From Pelagomonas calceolata (Eukaryota): a stretch of DNA of 64,000 nt. Both the position numbers and the translations under genes were made by a program. Numbering within the stretch: position 1 is the stretch's first letter; each line of letters begins with the position of its first letter. Positions 21,350 through 32,360 of this stretch are shown here, piece by piece. Location of the stretch: the NCBI GenBank assembly GCA_918797485.1, contig CAKKNE010000005.1, positions 1,488,001-1,552,000 of the forward strand. Direction: 5' to 3'. The notes below the pieces were generated by a model, which saw only the letters and a list, made by a program, of their open reading frames with translations, ran no database searches and was not told the origin of the DNA.

Positions 21350-22480
21350 TTAGTCGTCATCATAGGACCGGTGCCGGTCGGCGACGCAGCCCGGCGCGTC
21401 GGCGGCGCCCCCGCAGCACGAGTAGGTCCAGACGAGGTCGTCGTCGGAGGGCGTCGCCTCCCAGTCGCCCTTGCGCGCGCTCTCGCCCCGCAAGGCGCCG
21501 GGGTGGTGGCGGCACGCCGCGGCGTGGTTTTCATCATCAGAATAGCGTCCCCGACAGACGCGACATCGCTTCATGACCTTTAGCGGCGGCGGCGGCGATG
21601 CGGGCCAGGCCGGCGCCCACGGCGAAGAATCGGAGACGGCCCGCGCCAGCTCGCCCGACGCAATCGCCTCGACGACGCTCCCGTGCTGCTCGTCGCCGTC
21701 GAGCACCTTCCCGCGCACGACGACCACCGGCACCGTGCACCGGCCAGCCAATAGAGAGAGTTCTGCCTGGAGCGGGTTTGTGGCCTTCCGGATGTTCTTC
21801 GCGCGCTTCGCGGCGAGCGACCCGTCGTCTCCGACGGCATGGTCGTGGTAGGGCCCGCCCGGCTTCCACAAATCCATGTACACGCTTCGATAAGGTAGGT
21901 TCGCGTCTTTCAGCTGGCGCTCGGCGTCCGTGCAGAACCAGCACGTCGACCAGCCGAACAAGACGAGCGGCGCCTCGCGTACGATGGCGTCGATCTCCGC
22001 CCGCACCGCGCCGCGGTCGTACGGCGCGTCGTAGGGCGCCCTGAAGTTCGCGTACACGTCGGAGCCCTTCTCGTTCTTGGGCGTGCCCGCGAAGCCGGCC
22101 TCGGTCATGGCGGCCGCCTCCACGAAGTCTCGCTTTTGCGGCGTGGGGACCGCGGTGATGGGGTCGCCGATCCCGAGCTCGAGGGGCGGCCCGCCGGGGC
22201 CCGTCCGGAGCACCTTATGCAACCGCCGCGCGTGCTCCTCGATAAGCCGGTGCTGGAGCGCGGCCGCTCTACTAAGTTTCGTCGCGTCCGCGGCCGCGAC
22301 TTTGCCTACCACCCGCCAGTCGTCGTCTGCGTCGACGCGCGCGGCCACGTCCACGCCCTTCGTGAGTCCGCCCTGCGTGTGCGCGACGTAGGTCATCAGC
22401 TGCCGCCGCGGGCAGGGGTTGATGCAGGCGTCCAACGCTGCGGATCCGAGCACGCATGCGAGCAGTGCGAGAGAGCGCAT
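21350..22480 (-). CDS. Signal/plastid-targeted multidomain glutaredoxin with C-terminal Cys/His zinc finger
   Basis: Leader; Grx WSTCWFC..TVPVVVV; CRVC..CRHHPG..WTYSCC..PGC...H. Confidence 0.8.
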   Translation of the reverse strand: MRSLALLACVLGSAALDACINPCPRRQLMTYVAHTQGGLTKGVDVAARVDADDDWRVVGKVAAADATKLSRAAALQHRLIEEHARRLHKVLRTGPGGPPLELGIGDPITAVPTPQKRDFVEAAAMTEAGFAGTPKNEKGSDVYANFRAPYDAPYDRGAVRAEIDAIVREAPLVLFGWSTCWFCTDAERQLKDANLPYRSVYMDLWKPGGPYHDHAVGDDGSLAAKRAKNIRKATNPLQAELSLLAGRCTVPVVVVRGKVLDGDEQHGSVVEAIASGELARAVSDSSPWAPAWPASPPPPLKVMKRCRVCRGRYSDDENHAAACRHHPGALRGESARKGDWEATPSDDDLVWTYSCCGGAADAPGCVADRHRSYDDD

Positions 22481-22935
22481 ACTTGCTCTCCCTCGCGACG
22501 GCTGCGCAGCTCGGACGTCCGTGGCTTTTTTGCAGCTTAGAGTTATGCAATGCCGAGCGGCCACTGTCATACGAGCTGCAATGCCAGTCTGCAACGATGG
22601 GGGGTCGGGAAACCCGTGCGGAAGCCCTGCGTGGAGCATACTTCCGTCGGAGCACAACCGCCTCGGAAGTGCCTCCGACCGGATCAATTCATCGCGCCCC
22701 GCACGCTAGCAGCCCGGTGCCTTCTCGCACGTGCTGCCGCATTGCCGTGCCGTACCGAGCCGCTCGCCGTCCCGCATACTCAATCACAGTCTCAGTGAGG
22801 ACAAAAAGTACCAGGGGGCAGCCCGAAAGCCGAAAAGCGGCCCCGTTTGAGGCACAGCACCCACCACAGGACCCTAGCCCAGACCGGGACCTGGAACGCC
22901 CCGACGACGCGCCAGAACCGTAGAAACACGCAAAA

Positions 22936-24266
22936 ATGGCCCGCCCCCTCACTACACTCCTCGCCCTCGCCACATCCACGAATGCGCACTTCGTCTGGCT
23001 CTCGGCCAACGGCCACGGCGAGGCGGTCGCCGAGTTCAACGAGCCCGGGCGCCTCACGGACCCGCACCTGCTGGGCAAGCTGTACAACATGACCCGGGGC
23101 CAGGTCCACACGATGGACGGGACGACGGCGGACCTCCACTTCATGACGCGCGGCGCCGGCGACGGCTACCACTGCGCGGCCGAGGTTTATGCACCTTTAC
23201 CAGCCCAGGGGTCGATGGCCGTCGAGGCCCAGGCGACGTACGGGCTCTACGCCGTCGGCACGGACGAGGGCGGCACGGGCGAGATGGATTTATTACAGTA
23301 CTGGGCTGTGTGGAAATCAAATTTACGGCGCGGTTCGTCCTGAATCGCCGCGTCGACCTCCACGCTATCGACGCGACACCTGCTCGATGGCGTGGCGATG
23401 TCGGTTCCTCATCGCTCGGCGGAGCCAGCGCGGCCACGTCATCGCCGAGAAATTACTTATGCACCCGACGCACTTGTTGATTTCCACACAGGTACTGGGC
23501 GACGGCCGTTCATCCTGGTAGCGATGCTAGCTTGGATCAGTGGAGTCTGGTAGAAGAGGCGTTCACGAACGACTTCGAAGTTACGCTGCGGGATCCGCAA
23601 GGCGCCGCGTGGGCCACGGTGGCCCCGTCCGTCGACGTGAGCAATCCGAATAACGAGTGCGAGCCGGACGCGGCGACGCACGAGAGCGGAGACACGTGCG
23701 TCGTGGCCGTCGTGCGCTGGAAGGGCCAGAGGGCGACGTTCGACGTGACGGTGTCGACGTACGACCACACGGGCGCGAAGTTGCGGGATTCGATCGCCGA
23801 AGACGGCGTGGTCGTCGTGAGAGCGCCCGCGGACGCCCAGACCTACGCCCTCGTGCACCACGCCGAAGAAAAGCCGGGCACGACGGAGAGCGGAGAGAGC
23901 TACGACGTCGTCAACCACTACGCCACCACGACTTTCGCCAACGCCGTGCACTGCCACGGCGGCAGCTGCCACACGCACGCGGGCGCGTACGCGGGCCCGC
24001 ACGGCGGCATGCACGGCGGCGGCATGCACGGCGGCTACGGCGGCATGGGGTCGACGTCCGAGCGCAAGGCCGACGGCGACCACGCCGGCAACACGGGCAT
24101 GCTCTTCTTCTTCTCGCTCTTTTCGGCGTGTCTCGGCGGGGCGATTGGATTCGTGCTCGGCGCGCGCCGAACGGAACAGGGCTTCCGCCTCATGTTCTGG
24201 CGCCGCGGCGACGCGCGCTTCGACCTGCAGGGGTCGTCAAAACCACAACTGAGCGAGGTCATCTAG
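22936..24266 (+). CDS. DUF4198-like type I membrane protein; exons 22936-23297 and 23492-24266
   Basis: Signal + AHFVWL mature N-terminus; removing 23298-23491 joins both ORFs in frame (LLQYWATAVHPGSDASLDQW); His/Gly-rich stalk; one TM. Confidence 0.8.
23306..23491. mobile_element. Introner element (non-autonomous TIR element forming GT-AG intron 23298-23491)
   Basis: 15-bp TIR CTGTGTGGAAATCAA/TTGATTTCCACACAG; 8-bp TSD GTACTGGG at 23298-23305 and 23492-23499. Confidence 0.93.
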
Positions 24267-24300
24267 CTGGCCGTACCTCCCCGAATCTCGCCCCGCATCG

Positions 24301-24427
24301 ATCGTATATAATAGTATTTATGGAGGGACCCCTCACGCGGCCGCGAGCTCGGCCGAGGTCGACGGCATCGTATATAATAGTTTTTATGGAGGGACCCCTC
24401 ACGCCGCCGCGAGCTCCGCCTCGACGG
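24301..24427. repeat. ~66-bp tandem duplication of the ispG terminal codons, stop and 3' UTR
   Basis: ATCGTATATAATAGT(A/T)TTTATGGAGGGACCCCTCACGC.GCCGCGAGCTC at 24301 and 24367. Confidence 0.9.
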
Positions 24428-24609
24428 GCGCGTCCTCGTCGACCGCGGGCTTGTCCACCCACATGCCATGCTCCTTGATGAGCTCGACGAGCGCGTCGCA
24501 GGCCTCCTCGTTCGGGATCGCCTTCTGGACGACCTCCTTGCCCACGTACAGGTCGACCTTGCCCGGCGCGCCGCCGACGTAGCCGAAGTCGGCGTCGGCC
24601 ATCTCGCCC

Positions 24610-24641
<32 letters not shown>

Positions 24642-26744
24642 GGCCACGCCCGGCAGGTGCCCCGTCTTCTCGGAAATTTGCGCCGTGACTTCCTGGAGAT
24701 CGAAGAGCGTCCGGCCGCAGGAAGGACACGACACGAATTCGGTTTTGGTGTTGCGCATGCGCGACCCCTGCAGCAGCGCGAAGGACGTCTCCCGCAGGTA
24801 GTTCAAATCAAAGTCGCTGTGGTCGTCCGGCTCGACCAGTAACCCGTCTCCCAAGCCGTCCCCTAGTAAAGCGCCGGCGCGCATGCCCAACGACAGGGCG
24901 AGCTCGTCCTTCTTCGTGCCTTGCGGGACGCGCAAATGGTGCACGACGCTTAGTTCGGACGCTTCCCGCCTCAGCAAAGCGAAGAGCCTTCTAGAAGCGT
25001 GCAGCCGCGACAGCCCCTCCTTCACATCCAATAACACCACGTCGATGTTGGGCGTCTCCATCAATTCGGCGAGCATCTCGTCGGACTCGCTCCCGTCGCA
25101 TTTTACGACTAACCGCTTCGAGGGCGCCGGCGCGTGCGTTTTCAGAGCATCGCAGCGCACGATCGGCACGCCGCCGCTCTGCAGGGGCTCCGGCGCATCT
25201 TTTAAAACGGCCTCGTCCATCAGAAAGTGCACGCCCGCGTCCTGCAGCCGTTTGATCAAGTAGAGCGTGTCGGCGTCGTCTGCAGAGGGCGCCTCCCGCA
25301 GCAAGATGGCGTCGACGGTGGCGACGTCCCGCCGCGGCAACAACTTCGGGACGCCGTCGGGCCCCGGCGGCAGCTCGTCCACCAAAGCGCCCAGCGCGCG
25401 GAACAGCGCCGCGTCGCCCAACCCACCTAAAGCGGCGCAGCCCTGGAGTTCCGCTAAAGAAACAGCACCGTAGGCCGAGCCGTCCCGATGCAATAACCCG
25501 CGATAATCATAAACGTCGTCGTCGCGCTGTTCTGGTAACGAACCTCTCCTTCGATCAAAAGTAGTGACGTCCCGGCTATCCATGAACTTCGGCACCGCCG
25601 CCTGCTCCTCCCGGGCCTTCGCTTCCAACTGCTCGCCCGCCAGCTCCGCCAATCTATTGCAGGGTCCATATTCATATTCGGGATCCTCCGTCAGCGACAC
25701 GCGGATCGTATCCCCGAGGCCGTCTCCCAGCAACGTCCCAATCCCGATCGCCGACTTCATGCGGCCATCTTCACCTTCTCCCGCTTCGGTAACACCAAGA
25801 TGCAACGGGTAGTCCCAGCCCAGCCGATACATCTCCGCCGCGAGCAACCGGTACCCTTGGATCATCACCACCGGATTCGACGCCTTCATGCTAAACACGA
25901 AGTTGTGGTAGTCTAACGCCCGGCACACGTCCGCGAACTCCAAAGCCGACTCGACCATGCCCCTAGGTGAATCGCCATAGAAGGATAATATACGAGCCGC
26001 CAAGCTCCCATGGTTCGTGCCGATGCGCATCGCCCGATTCAGCTCCTTGCACTTCAATACCAACGGCGCAAACGCTTCCACAATCGAATCGCGCGGCTTG
26101 AGAAAATCCGCTTCGGAGTCGAAGGACACGTCGTCCTCGTCCTGCTTCCTTCCATCGGCAAAATTCCCGGGGTTGATTCGGATCTTCTCGACGGCCTCCG
26201 CCGTCTTGATGGCCACGGCGGGCTGGAAGTGCATGTCCGCGCAGAGCGGGATGTCGTACCCCTTCTTGAACAACCCTTCGCGGATGTCGTGGCACGCCTG
26301 GGCCTCCTTCATGCCTACGACGGTGATGCGGACCATATCAAACCCAACATCAGCGCAGCGCATGACCTGCTCGATCGTGCCTCTTACATCTCTCGTGGAT
26401 GTGGTCCCCATCGTCTGGCGCACGATCGGGTGCTCGCTCCCGAACTTCACTGGGCCCGCCGTCACGGTTCTCGTCGGCCTTCGTAGGACGGCTTCGAGCG
26501 ACTCGCAGTACTTCGCGCGGCCATCTAACAGAGGATCGCTCAGCGGGCCGAAGGCGTCGTCGCGGCTACTGTCGCGGCTCGACGGCGTCCACAGGATGTC
26601 CTCGGCCGTCGTCGGGACCCAGAGCTCGTCCGCCGCGGGGTTCGACGAGGCCTGCAAGCTTGTTTTCGGGCGCGTCCGCGCCGCCGGGCGCAGCGCCGCG
26701 GCGGCGGCCAGGGTCCACAGGAGCGCTGCTGGCCTCAAGATCAT
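24399..26744 (-). CDS. ispG: Plastid-targeted (E)-4-hydroxy-3-methylbut-2-enyl-diphosphate synthase (long three-domain type)
   Basis: KIRINPGN, RIGTNHGSL, PLHLGVTEAG, GDTIRVSLT, SCPSCGRT, GCIVNGPGE. Confidence 0.97.
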
Positions 26745-27030
26745 CTCTCACCGTATCAGAGAGGCCACTCCCACTGGAGCTGCCTTTGATAGGGATCCAG
26801 CAGCGGTTTTGAAAGGCTCCGGCGCCCTATCCTTCGTGTAATCGAGCTCACGTCCGCAAAAAGCAACCAAGACCCGAACTTTGGGATACACATCATCGGC
26901 ACGTGCTCGATGCTCCAGGCGCGTAGCTGGGCCACGAATTACTAATCCGACCAACGCAAGGCCACAAGCGTGCGCCTGCGCCACCGCGACGGGCTTCCTA
27001 CCAACAAAAGCACGCCGTATACCTAGAAAA

Positions 27031-27894
27031 ATGCGGCCAGCCCTCCTCCTGATCCTGCTGCTGGCTGGCGTTCAAAGTTTAGCGCCGGCCACAAAACGCC
27101 CGCGGGTCGTCGTGAGCCCCTGCGGCGGCAGCGTGGGCCTCTGCTTATTGCGGAGCCTGAAGGTGAAGGACTGCGATGTGGTCGCGATCTGCCGCGACGA
27201 GGCCGAGGAGGCGCGCGTGCGCCAGAACACGTGCGGCTGCTCCATGCGCCAGGGCGAGGTGACGGACATGTGCGGTACGGCGTACCCGGCCCTGGAGACG
27301 GTCATCTGCGCCACGCCGAATGAATTGAGGCGCGCGTGCGAGGGCGCGTCCGCCGTGGTGGCGCTGCCGGCGGGCGACGCGCACCCGCGGCTGGCGCCGT
27401 CCATAAATGACGGGACGATCGTGCGGCCTACCGTAGCAGCAACCAAAAAAAGCGCCGACGACGCGCGGAGATTGGTGGCCGCGGCCGACGAAGGCGCCCA
27501 CGTCGTCCTGTTGAGCGCTTTGGGCGCCGGCGCCGAGCCGGACCGGCCGCCCCTGGCCTCGTTCCTCGCGGCGCGCACGGGTTGTTTGGAAACGCTCGCC
27601 GAGAAGCGCGCGCTCGAGACGGACGTCTCCTCGTCTGGGAGGCGGTTTACCATACTGAGAGCGCCGCCGCTGGCGTCGGGGCCCGAGCTCGAAGCCATCG
27701 ATAAAGATGGAGACGGGGACCCGAACCCGGCGCTGTCCCTCATCACGCCGTCGGCGCTCGCGCACGCGGCGCTCCACGCGGCGCTGGACACGTCGGGGAC
27801 GTACCGCGGCACGTACGAGGCCAAGTCGACGCGCCCGCGGCGGCCAAAGGCGCCGGCGGCCGCCTCTTCTTCATCGTCGGCGGGGAAGTCCTAA
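27031..27894 (+). CDS. Targeted NAD(P)-binding Rossmann-fold protein (atypical SDR)
   Basis: Signal; VVVSPCGGSVG, VVLLSALGA, EKRALE..FTILRAPPL. Confidence 0.75.
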   Translation: MRPALLLILLLAGVQSLAPATKRPRVVVSPCGGSVGLCLLRSLKVKDCDVVAICRDEAEEARVRQNTCGCSMRQGEVTDMCGTAYPALETVICATPNELRRACEGASAVVALPAGDAHPRLAPSINDGTIVRPTVAATKKSADDARRLVAAADEGAHVVLLSALGAGAEPDRPPLASFLAARTGCLETLAEKRALETDVSSSGRRFTILRAPPLASGPELEAIDKDGDGDPNPALSLITPSALAHAALHAALDTSGTYRGTYEAKSTRPRRPKAPAAASSSSSAGKS

Positions 27895-27975
27895 CATGTG
27901 ATTCGGTATATCTTTAGCTCTACACCGTAGCTCCGTCTCTTCGTCTTCGGGGAAGTAAATGTGATTCGGTAGATC
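27864..27975 (+). repeat. Imperfect tandem duplication of a gene 3' end and stop
   Basis: CTCTTC..CGGGGAAGT..ATGTGATTCGGTA at ~27864 and ~27937. Confidence 0.8.
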
Positions 27976-28167
27976 GTATCCCGCATTATAAGTGAGCCAG
28001 GCCGCGGGGCACGCTGCTGTGCCTATGCTAAGGAAGGATGGGGGACTAGACCCCCCGGAGCACGTACCTTATCGTACCTTATCTGTGCAGGCATCTCCGC
28101 ACTCTCCCGCAATCAGGCCGAACAGTGCCCTCATACGGAGGGCAGCTTCTGGAATCTTGTTAATGTG

Positions 28168-29232
28168 ATGGCATCGCGTAGGCGCGGCGGCAGACGGGCT
28201 AGATGCCCTCCCAATCCGCCAGCCGCACCTGCACCGGCTGCTCCGGCGTTTACCTTTGGTGCGCTTCCGCCGGCGGCGGTGGTCCCCATGCCTATGTTCG
28301 TTGTCGCTCCGCCGGCCGCACCTGCGCCGGCTGCTCCGGCGTTTAATGCGGCATTATTTGCTGCGGCACCAACTGTGTTTGGCGCCACATCGGCCGTCTC
28401 GTCTGGATCTGTGCGCGCACCGTCCACAGCGGCACCGGCACCGGCTGCTCCGTTACGCGGCCGCGCCCAGCTGTATCATGAATTCACAAGTGGTGCGCTT
28501 TGCCGGCGTTACGACAAGGAGATCCACGCGTTACGACGGTTGGTCTGCGGCGGCTGGATGGCCCAGTGGCGATTGCTCTGCGAATTGGGCGAGGACCCGG
28601 TGCCGCCTCGCGAGGGGGGCGAGCGTGGACCCGGCAGGGCGCGTGTGGACCCGGCGACGCTGGCGGACCGCTTCGCCGAGGACATCTTGGCGTTGGACGC
28701 GGCGACTGCGCAGCTCGCGGGCGGCGCGGCGCCGGACGCCGAGGCGGCGCCTTACGCTTCGGGGCTGGCCGAGACCTTGCTCCAGATGGAGCACGCCTCG
28801 GGGTGTGTCCGCGCATTAGCGGCCATCGAGGTGGCGCCCCGGACGCCGGCGCAGCTCCGGGAACAGCTCGACGCGGCCTCGGAACCCCCGGAACCGCTCG
28901 AGCAAGCGCGAGTGAGGCTGGCGAATCTCGATCCCTCGGCGCTCGCCCAGTCCGACCTCGACACCATGCAGCGCGACCTCGCCACGATGAAACAGACGCT
29001 CGAAGCGGCGTCAGAGCGCGTGCAGCGCGAGGTCGTGCGCCGCGAGCTTGCCGCCCTTAGCGGCTTCCGCAGCGCGGAAGAGGAGACGTGCGTGATATGC
29101 ATGGACCGATCCCCGAACGTGACCCTCGTCCCGTGTGGCCACAGGATCACGTGCCAGCAATGTGCGGAGCGCTTGGGGGAGTGCCCGACCTGTCGCTCGC
29201 CAATCACGTTGCGACAACGAACGTTCGGGTAA
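28168..29232 (+). CDS. RING-HC (C3HC4) E3 ligase with Pro/Ala-rich repeats
   Basis: CVICMD..LVPCGH..CQQC..CPTCR; PAAPAPAAP repeats. Confidence 0.85.
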   Translation: MASRRRGGRRARCPPNPPAAPAPAAPAFTFGALPPAAVVPMPMFVVAPPAAPAPAAPAFNAALFAAAPTVFGATSAVSSGSVRAPSTAAPAPAAPLRGRAQLYHEFTSGALCRRYDKEIHALRRLVCGGWMAQWRLLCELGEDPVPPREGGERGPGRARVDPATLADRFAEDILALDAATAQLAGGAAPDAEAAPYASGLAETLLQMEHASGCVRALAAIEVAPRTPAQLREQLDAASEPPEPLEQARVRLANLDPSALAQSDLDTMQRDLATMKQTLEAASERVQREVVRRELAALSGFRSAEEETCVICMDRSPNVTLVPCGHRITCQQCAERLGECPTCRSPITLRQRTFG

Positions 29233-29290
29233 TATGTGATAGCTATGATGTGAGAATATTGTTACGGCGATTCATCGGCGGCGGGCGCAT

Positions 29291-29358
29291 GCCGCGTCTT
29301 TCATAGCAGCATGCCTCCTCCCTAGCAGAACCGCCTCGGCGACCCCCCCCCGAACAAT
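29291..29358 (+). repeat. Copy A of ~69-bp repeat (inverted partner at 37182-37250)
   Basis: GCCGCGTCTTTCATAGCAGCATGCCTCCTCCCTAGCAGAACCGCCTCGGCGACCCCCCCCCGAACAAT. Confidence 0.85.
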
Positions 29359-29564
29359 TTTCAACGTGACCTACCTCCTTGATTGTCTCTCAGCTAGTGC
29401 ATAGACGCACTAGTTTCAGCCTTGCCAAGCCTGTTGAGCAGCCAAGGTTGAGCAGCCCTGGCCTGCAGGGCAGCAGCAGCAGACCTGCAGCAACGCAGCG
29501 CCTCACCAGGCCTTCGCATACCATCGCTGGTCGCCTTCGCTTTGCGGCATTCGTACGAGCAGCC

Positions 29565-29927
29565 ATGCGCCTCCTCACGCACAACATGCTGGTCTCCAAT
29601 GCGAAAGGGGTCAGCGAGGCCGAGGGCTACCCTCTTGCCTTAGAAGTGACGGAGCATCGACGCGAGGAGACGGAGTTTGATGTCGAGACGACGCGCAAGA
29701 CCATGGAGACCGTGAAATACGACGCGCTGCGCGGCGCGGCGCGGGCCGTCGCCATCGACCTGCCTGAGGTGTATGATGGGGACGACGCGGATTTATTGAG
29801 GAAAGTGCACGAGGCGCTCTGCGACGTTCATGTAATAGAGGGCTGCCTCGTCTGCCCAAAGAGCGGCCGCCGGTTCCCGATCAACAACGGCATCCCGAAT
29901 CTGTTGCTGCACGAGGACGAGCTGTAA
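29565..29927 (+). CDS. TRM112: Methyltransferase activator Trm112
   Basis: MRLLTHNML..GYPL..EGCLVCPKSGRRFPINNGIPNLLLHEDE. Confidence 0.96.
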   Translation: MRLLTHNMLVSNAKGVSEAEGYPLALEVTEHRREETEFDVETTRKTMETVKYDALRGAARAVAIDLPEVYDGDDADLLRKVHEALCDVHVIEGCLVCPKSGRRFPINNGIPNLLLHEDEL

Positions 29928-29933
29928 TATGTT

Positions 29934-31127
29934 TTAGTCTACCCCCGCGCACCGCGGGCACTCACACAAAAACCCGTAGTCCGCCGTCGCCGCGCGCCGG
30001 TCGACGGCGTCTTGATCAGAGTCGACGTACGAGATCGTCAGCTCCTCGCCCTCGCGTATATCCCGCGCCGCAACCAACGAAACGCGCAGCGGCCCGCCGT
30101 CTTCGTAAATAACGTCGCAATTCGGCGCGCACGCGTGGTTCGCGCGGCACGCGGCACTGTAGAGCGCCGTGCCCTCGAGCGGCGGCCACTCATCTTTATC
30201 CTTGCCGTCGAGGGGGTGGCCCCGTCTGATACCGATGTTGTTCTGCTCGAACGTGCCGATGACCCGCGCGAGCCAGGCGGCGTCGATGATCGAGGCGCGC
30301 TCGCCGAAGTGCGGCGTCAGCGCCGCCTTTAATAAAGGCGCGGCGTCGCCACACAAGGCTCGTAATGATGAAGCCAGCTCGCCGGCGTCTCCATCATTTC
30401 GCAACGCCGCCGCTTTCATTATAACATCGTCCCACGGCTCCCGCACGAAGCTCGTGAACGCCTCGTCGCCCCGGCCCAGCCAGAGCACCGCGACCTCCGC
30501 GGCGAGTAACAAGATTTCGTTCGATTGCGCCGCCAGTACTTTATACTGGAATAATGGGGACGTCGACGCCGTTTCTTCCGTGATGTGGCCCACGCATAAG
30601 CAGCCGTGGCCCCGCCGCAAATGTTCATCTCGGCATCTAATGGAGCAGTAGAGCTCGCCGCACTGCGCGTGGCAGCACACGCCCTCGGGCCCGCCGCGCG
30701 GCACCTGACACACCGCGTCGTGCGCGCACCGCCGCCCGTCGTCCTCGTCCTTGACGAGGCGCAACAATTCATTTCCTAGGTCGATGAACTTGAGGCAGTT
30801 GCCGCACGCCACCACTTCCCGTTTATTGGCGAGGTCCTGCATCGCGACGAGCGGCCTTTCTCTAAGGACGACGTCGCCCCGCCGGAACGCGCGCGTCGCG
30901 AAGAGCCCGGCGCCGTGCAGCGCGCTCGGCTTCACGCAGGTGCTCCTCGCACCGGCCTCGACGCGCTCGTAGTAGCCGGGCGCCCAGCGCAGCGACGCCT
31001 TCGCCCTTTCTAGTTGCGAGGCGTCCATGCCCTCGGTCCAGTCACCGGGCTCGTCTTCCGTTTGCAGCTTCGCCATCGCTTTCGCGATGCCCGCCGCGGC
31101 GACGTCGTCGGTCACGAGCGCCGCCAT
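29934..31127 (-). CDS. SET/MYND lysine methyltransferase, SMYD5-like
   Basis: GAGLFA, YCSIRC..H, ANHACAPN, GEELTISY, YGFLCECPRC. Confidence 0.88.
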   Translation of the reverse strand: MAALVTDDVAAAGIAKAMAKLQTEDEPGDWTEGMDASQLERAKASLRWAPGYYERVEAGARSTCVKPSALHGAGLFATRAFRRGDVVLRERPLVAMQDLANKREVVACGNCLKFIDLGNELLRLVKDEDDGRRCAHDAVCQVPRGGPEGVCCHAQCGELYCSIRCRDEHLRRGHGCLCVGHITEETASTSPLFQYKVLAAQSNEILLLAAEVAVLWLGRGDEAFTSFVREPWDDVIMKAAALRNDGDAGELASSLRALCGDAAPLLKAALTPHFGERASIIDAAWLARVIGTFEQNNIGIRRGHPLDGKDKDEWPPLEGTALYSAACRANHACAPNCDVIYEDGGPLRVSLVAARDIREGEELTISYVDSDQDAVDRRAATADYGFLCECPRCAGVD

Positions 31128-31401
31128 GGCTGCAGTTGTGGATCGCTGCGCGCTCGTATGAATGCTTCGAAGCAAACAGCTACCAGCGACGGTGCGCGAG
31201 CCGGTTATGCACCTCTACGTGACTGCGACGCCAGTGTGTCTATCGCTCGAGCTCGTCTCGGCCAAAATGATGCTAGCACCCTGCTCCAGAGTGTAAGACA
31301 CTACATGTAGCGTGCGGACAAGTTGATTAAACGGGCTCTAACCGGTGTCAAAAATCGATAACGGAGGGGAGCACCACGTCGTTAGGCCCCAGATAACGAA
31401 T

Positions 31402-32109
31402 TCAGGACGCCCCGGACGCCGCCGCCTGCGCCGCCTCGCGGAGCAACGACCCGACGTCGAGCGTCCAGGGCCGGTCCGACGGCGTCGGCGCGGGCCCGCC
31501 GGGGCAGGCCGGCGGCGTGACGACGCGCGCCGATTCTTCATTAGAAGAGGCCTCGGAGACGCGCGGCGTGGAGATGGGCGCCGCGCGCGCGGGCGGCTTC
31601 TCGTGCCTCACTAGAGAAGCCAGATCATTGACCGTCGCGACGCGCGGGTTGCGGTTCGCGAAGACCAGGGCGCCGCCGTCCAGCGACTGGCGCGCGCGGC
31701 CGCCTGGTCCTCTGGGGGAACCGACGCGGTGGAAGCCGTAGTAGTTCAATTGTCTCGCGAAGGACTTGACGAGGCCCGTGCCCGTCGTGACCGTAAAAAA
31801 GCGCGGCATGAGCTCCGTGGTGAGCCGGTGCGGGTCGGCAATGACCAATTCGCGGCTCGCGTCGTTCCAGCGAAGGATGTCGGGGTGATTCGAGACCATG
31901 TCGAAGAGCTTGGCCGGGAAGGGCGCTGCGCGCGGCTTCTTGGCCGACCGCCGCGTCGGCGCGCGGCGCGCCCGGTCGGCCGCGGGCGGGCTCGGGGGCC
32001 GCTGCTGGCGCCTCCTCTTTAACGCGGCGGCGGCCGCCGCCGGGAGCGCTGTTGGTGTGGTTTCGTTCGTGGGGCTGCCCACGCGGCGGCGCTTGGGGTT
32101 CGTGGCCAT
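31402..32109 (-). CDS. HSF-type DNA-binding protein
   Basis: PFPAKLFDMV..ILRW..MPRFF..SFARQLNYYGF. Confidence 0.9.
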   Translation of the reverse strand: MATNPKRRRVGSPTNETTPTALPAAAAAALKRRRQQRPPSPPAADRARRAPTRRSAKKPRAAPFPAKLFDMVSNHPDILRWNDASRELVIADPHRLTTELMPRFFTVTTGTGLVKSFARQLNYYGFHRVGSPRGPGGRARQSLDGGALVFANRNPRVATVNDLASLVRHEKPPARAAPISTPRVSEASSNEESARVVTPPACPGGPAPTPSDRPWTLDVGSLLREAAQAAASGAS

Positions 32110-32360
32110 TTTTGATGTGTGGTGGGGCTGCGCGTGGCTCGTCTTCAATTGGTGTGGCCGCGTGTGCGCGTCGCGCTGCGCGAGTTTTGGCAGCGCGGAT
32201 TGCTGATTTGAGTTTGAATTTCCAGGCAAGGCAAGGACGCCGCCGCCGATGTCGTCCGCCGGGCCGCCGGAGGGGCTGCGGCGAGCGCTCCGGCACAGGG
32301 ACGGTTGCGTGCGTGCGGGTTGGCACCTTGATCTGAGTTGAGAGCAATCGTCCAAGCGAG

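Noticed and set aside
28168..28450. FG-nucleoporin-like repeats in the RING protein
   Set aside because: Only two FG dipeptides; ordinary Pro/Ala low complexity.
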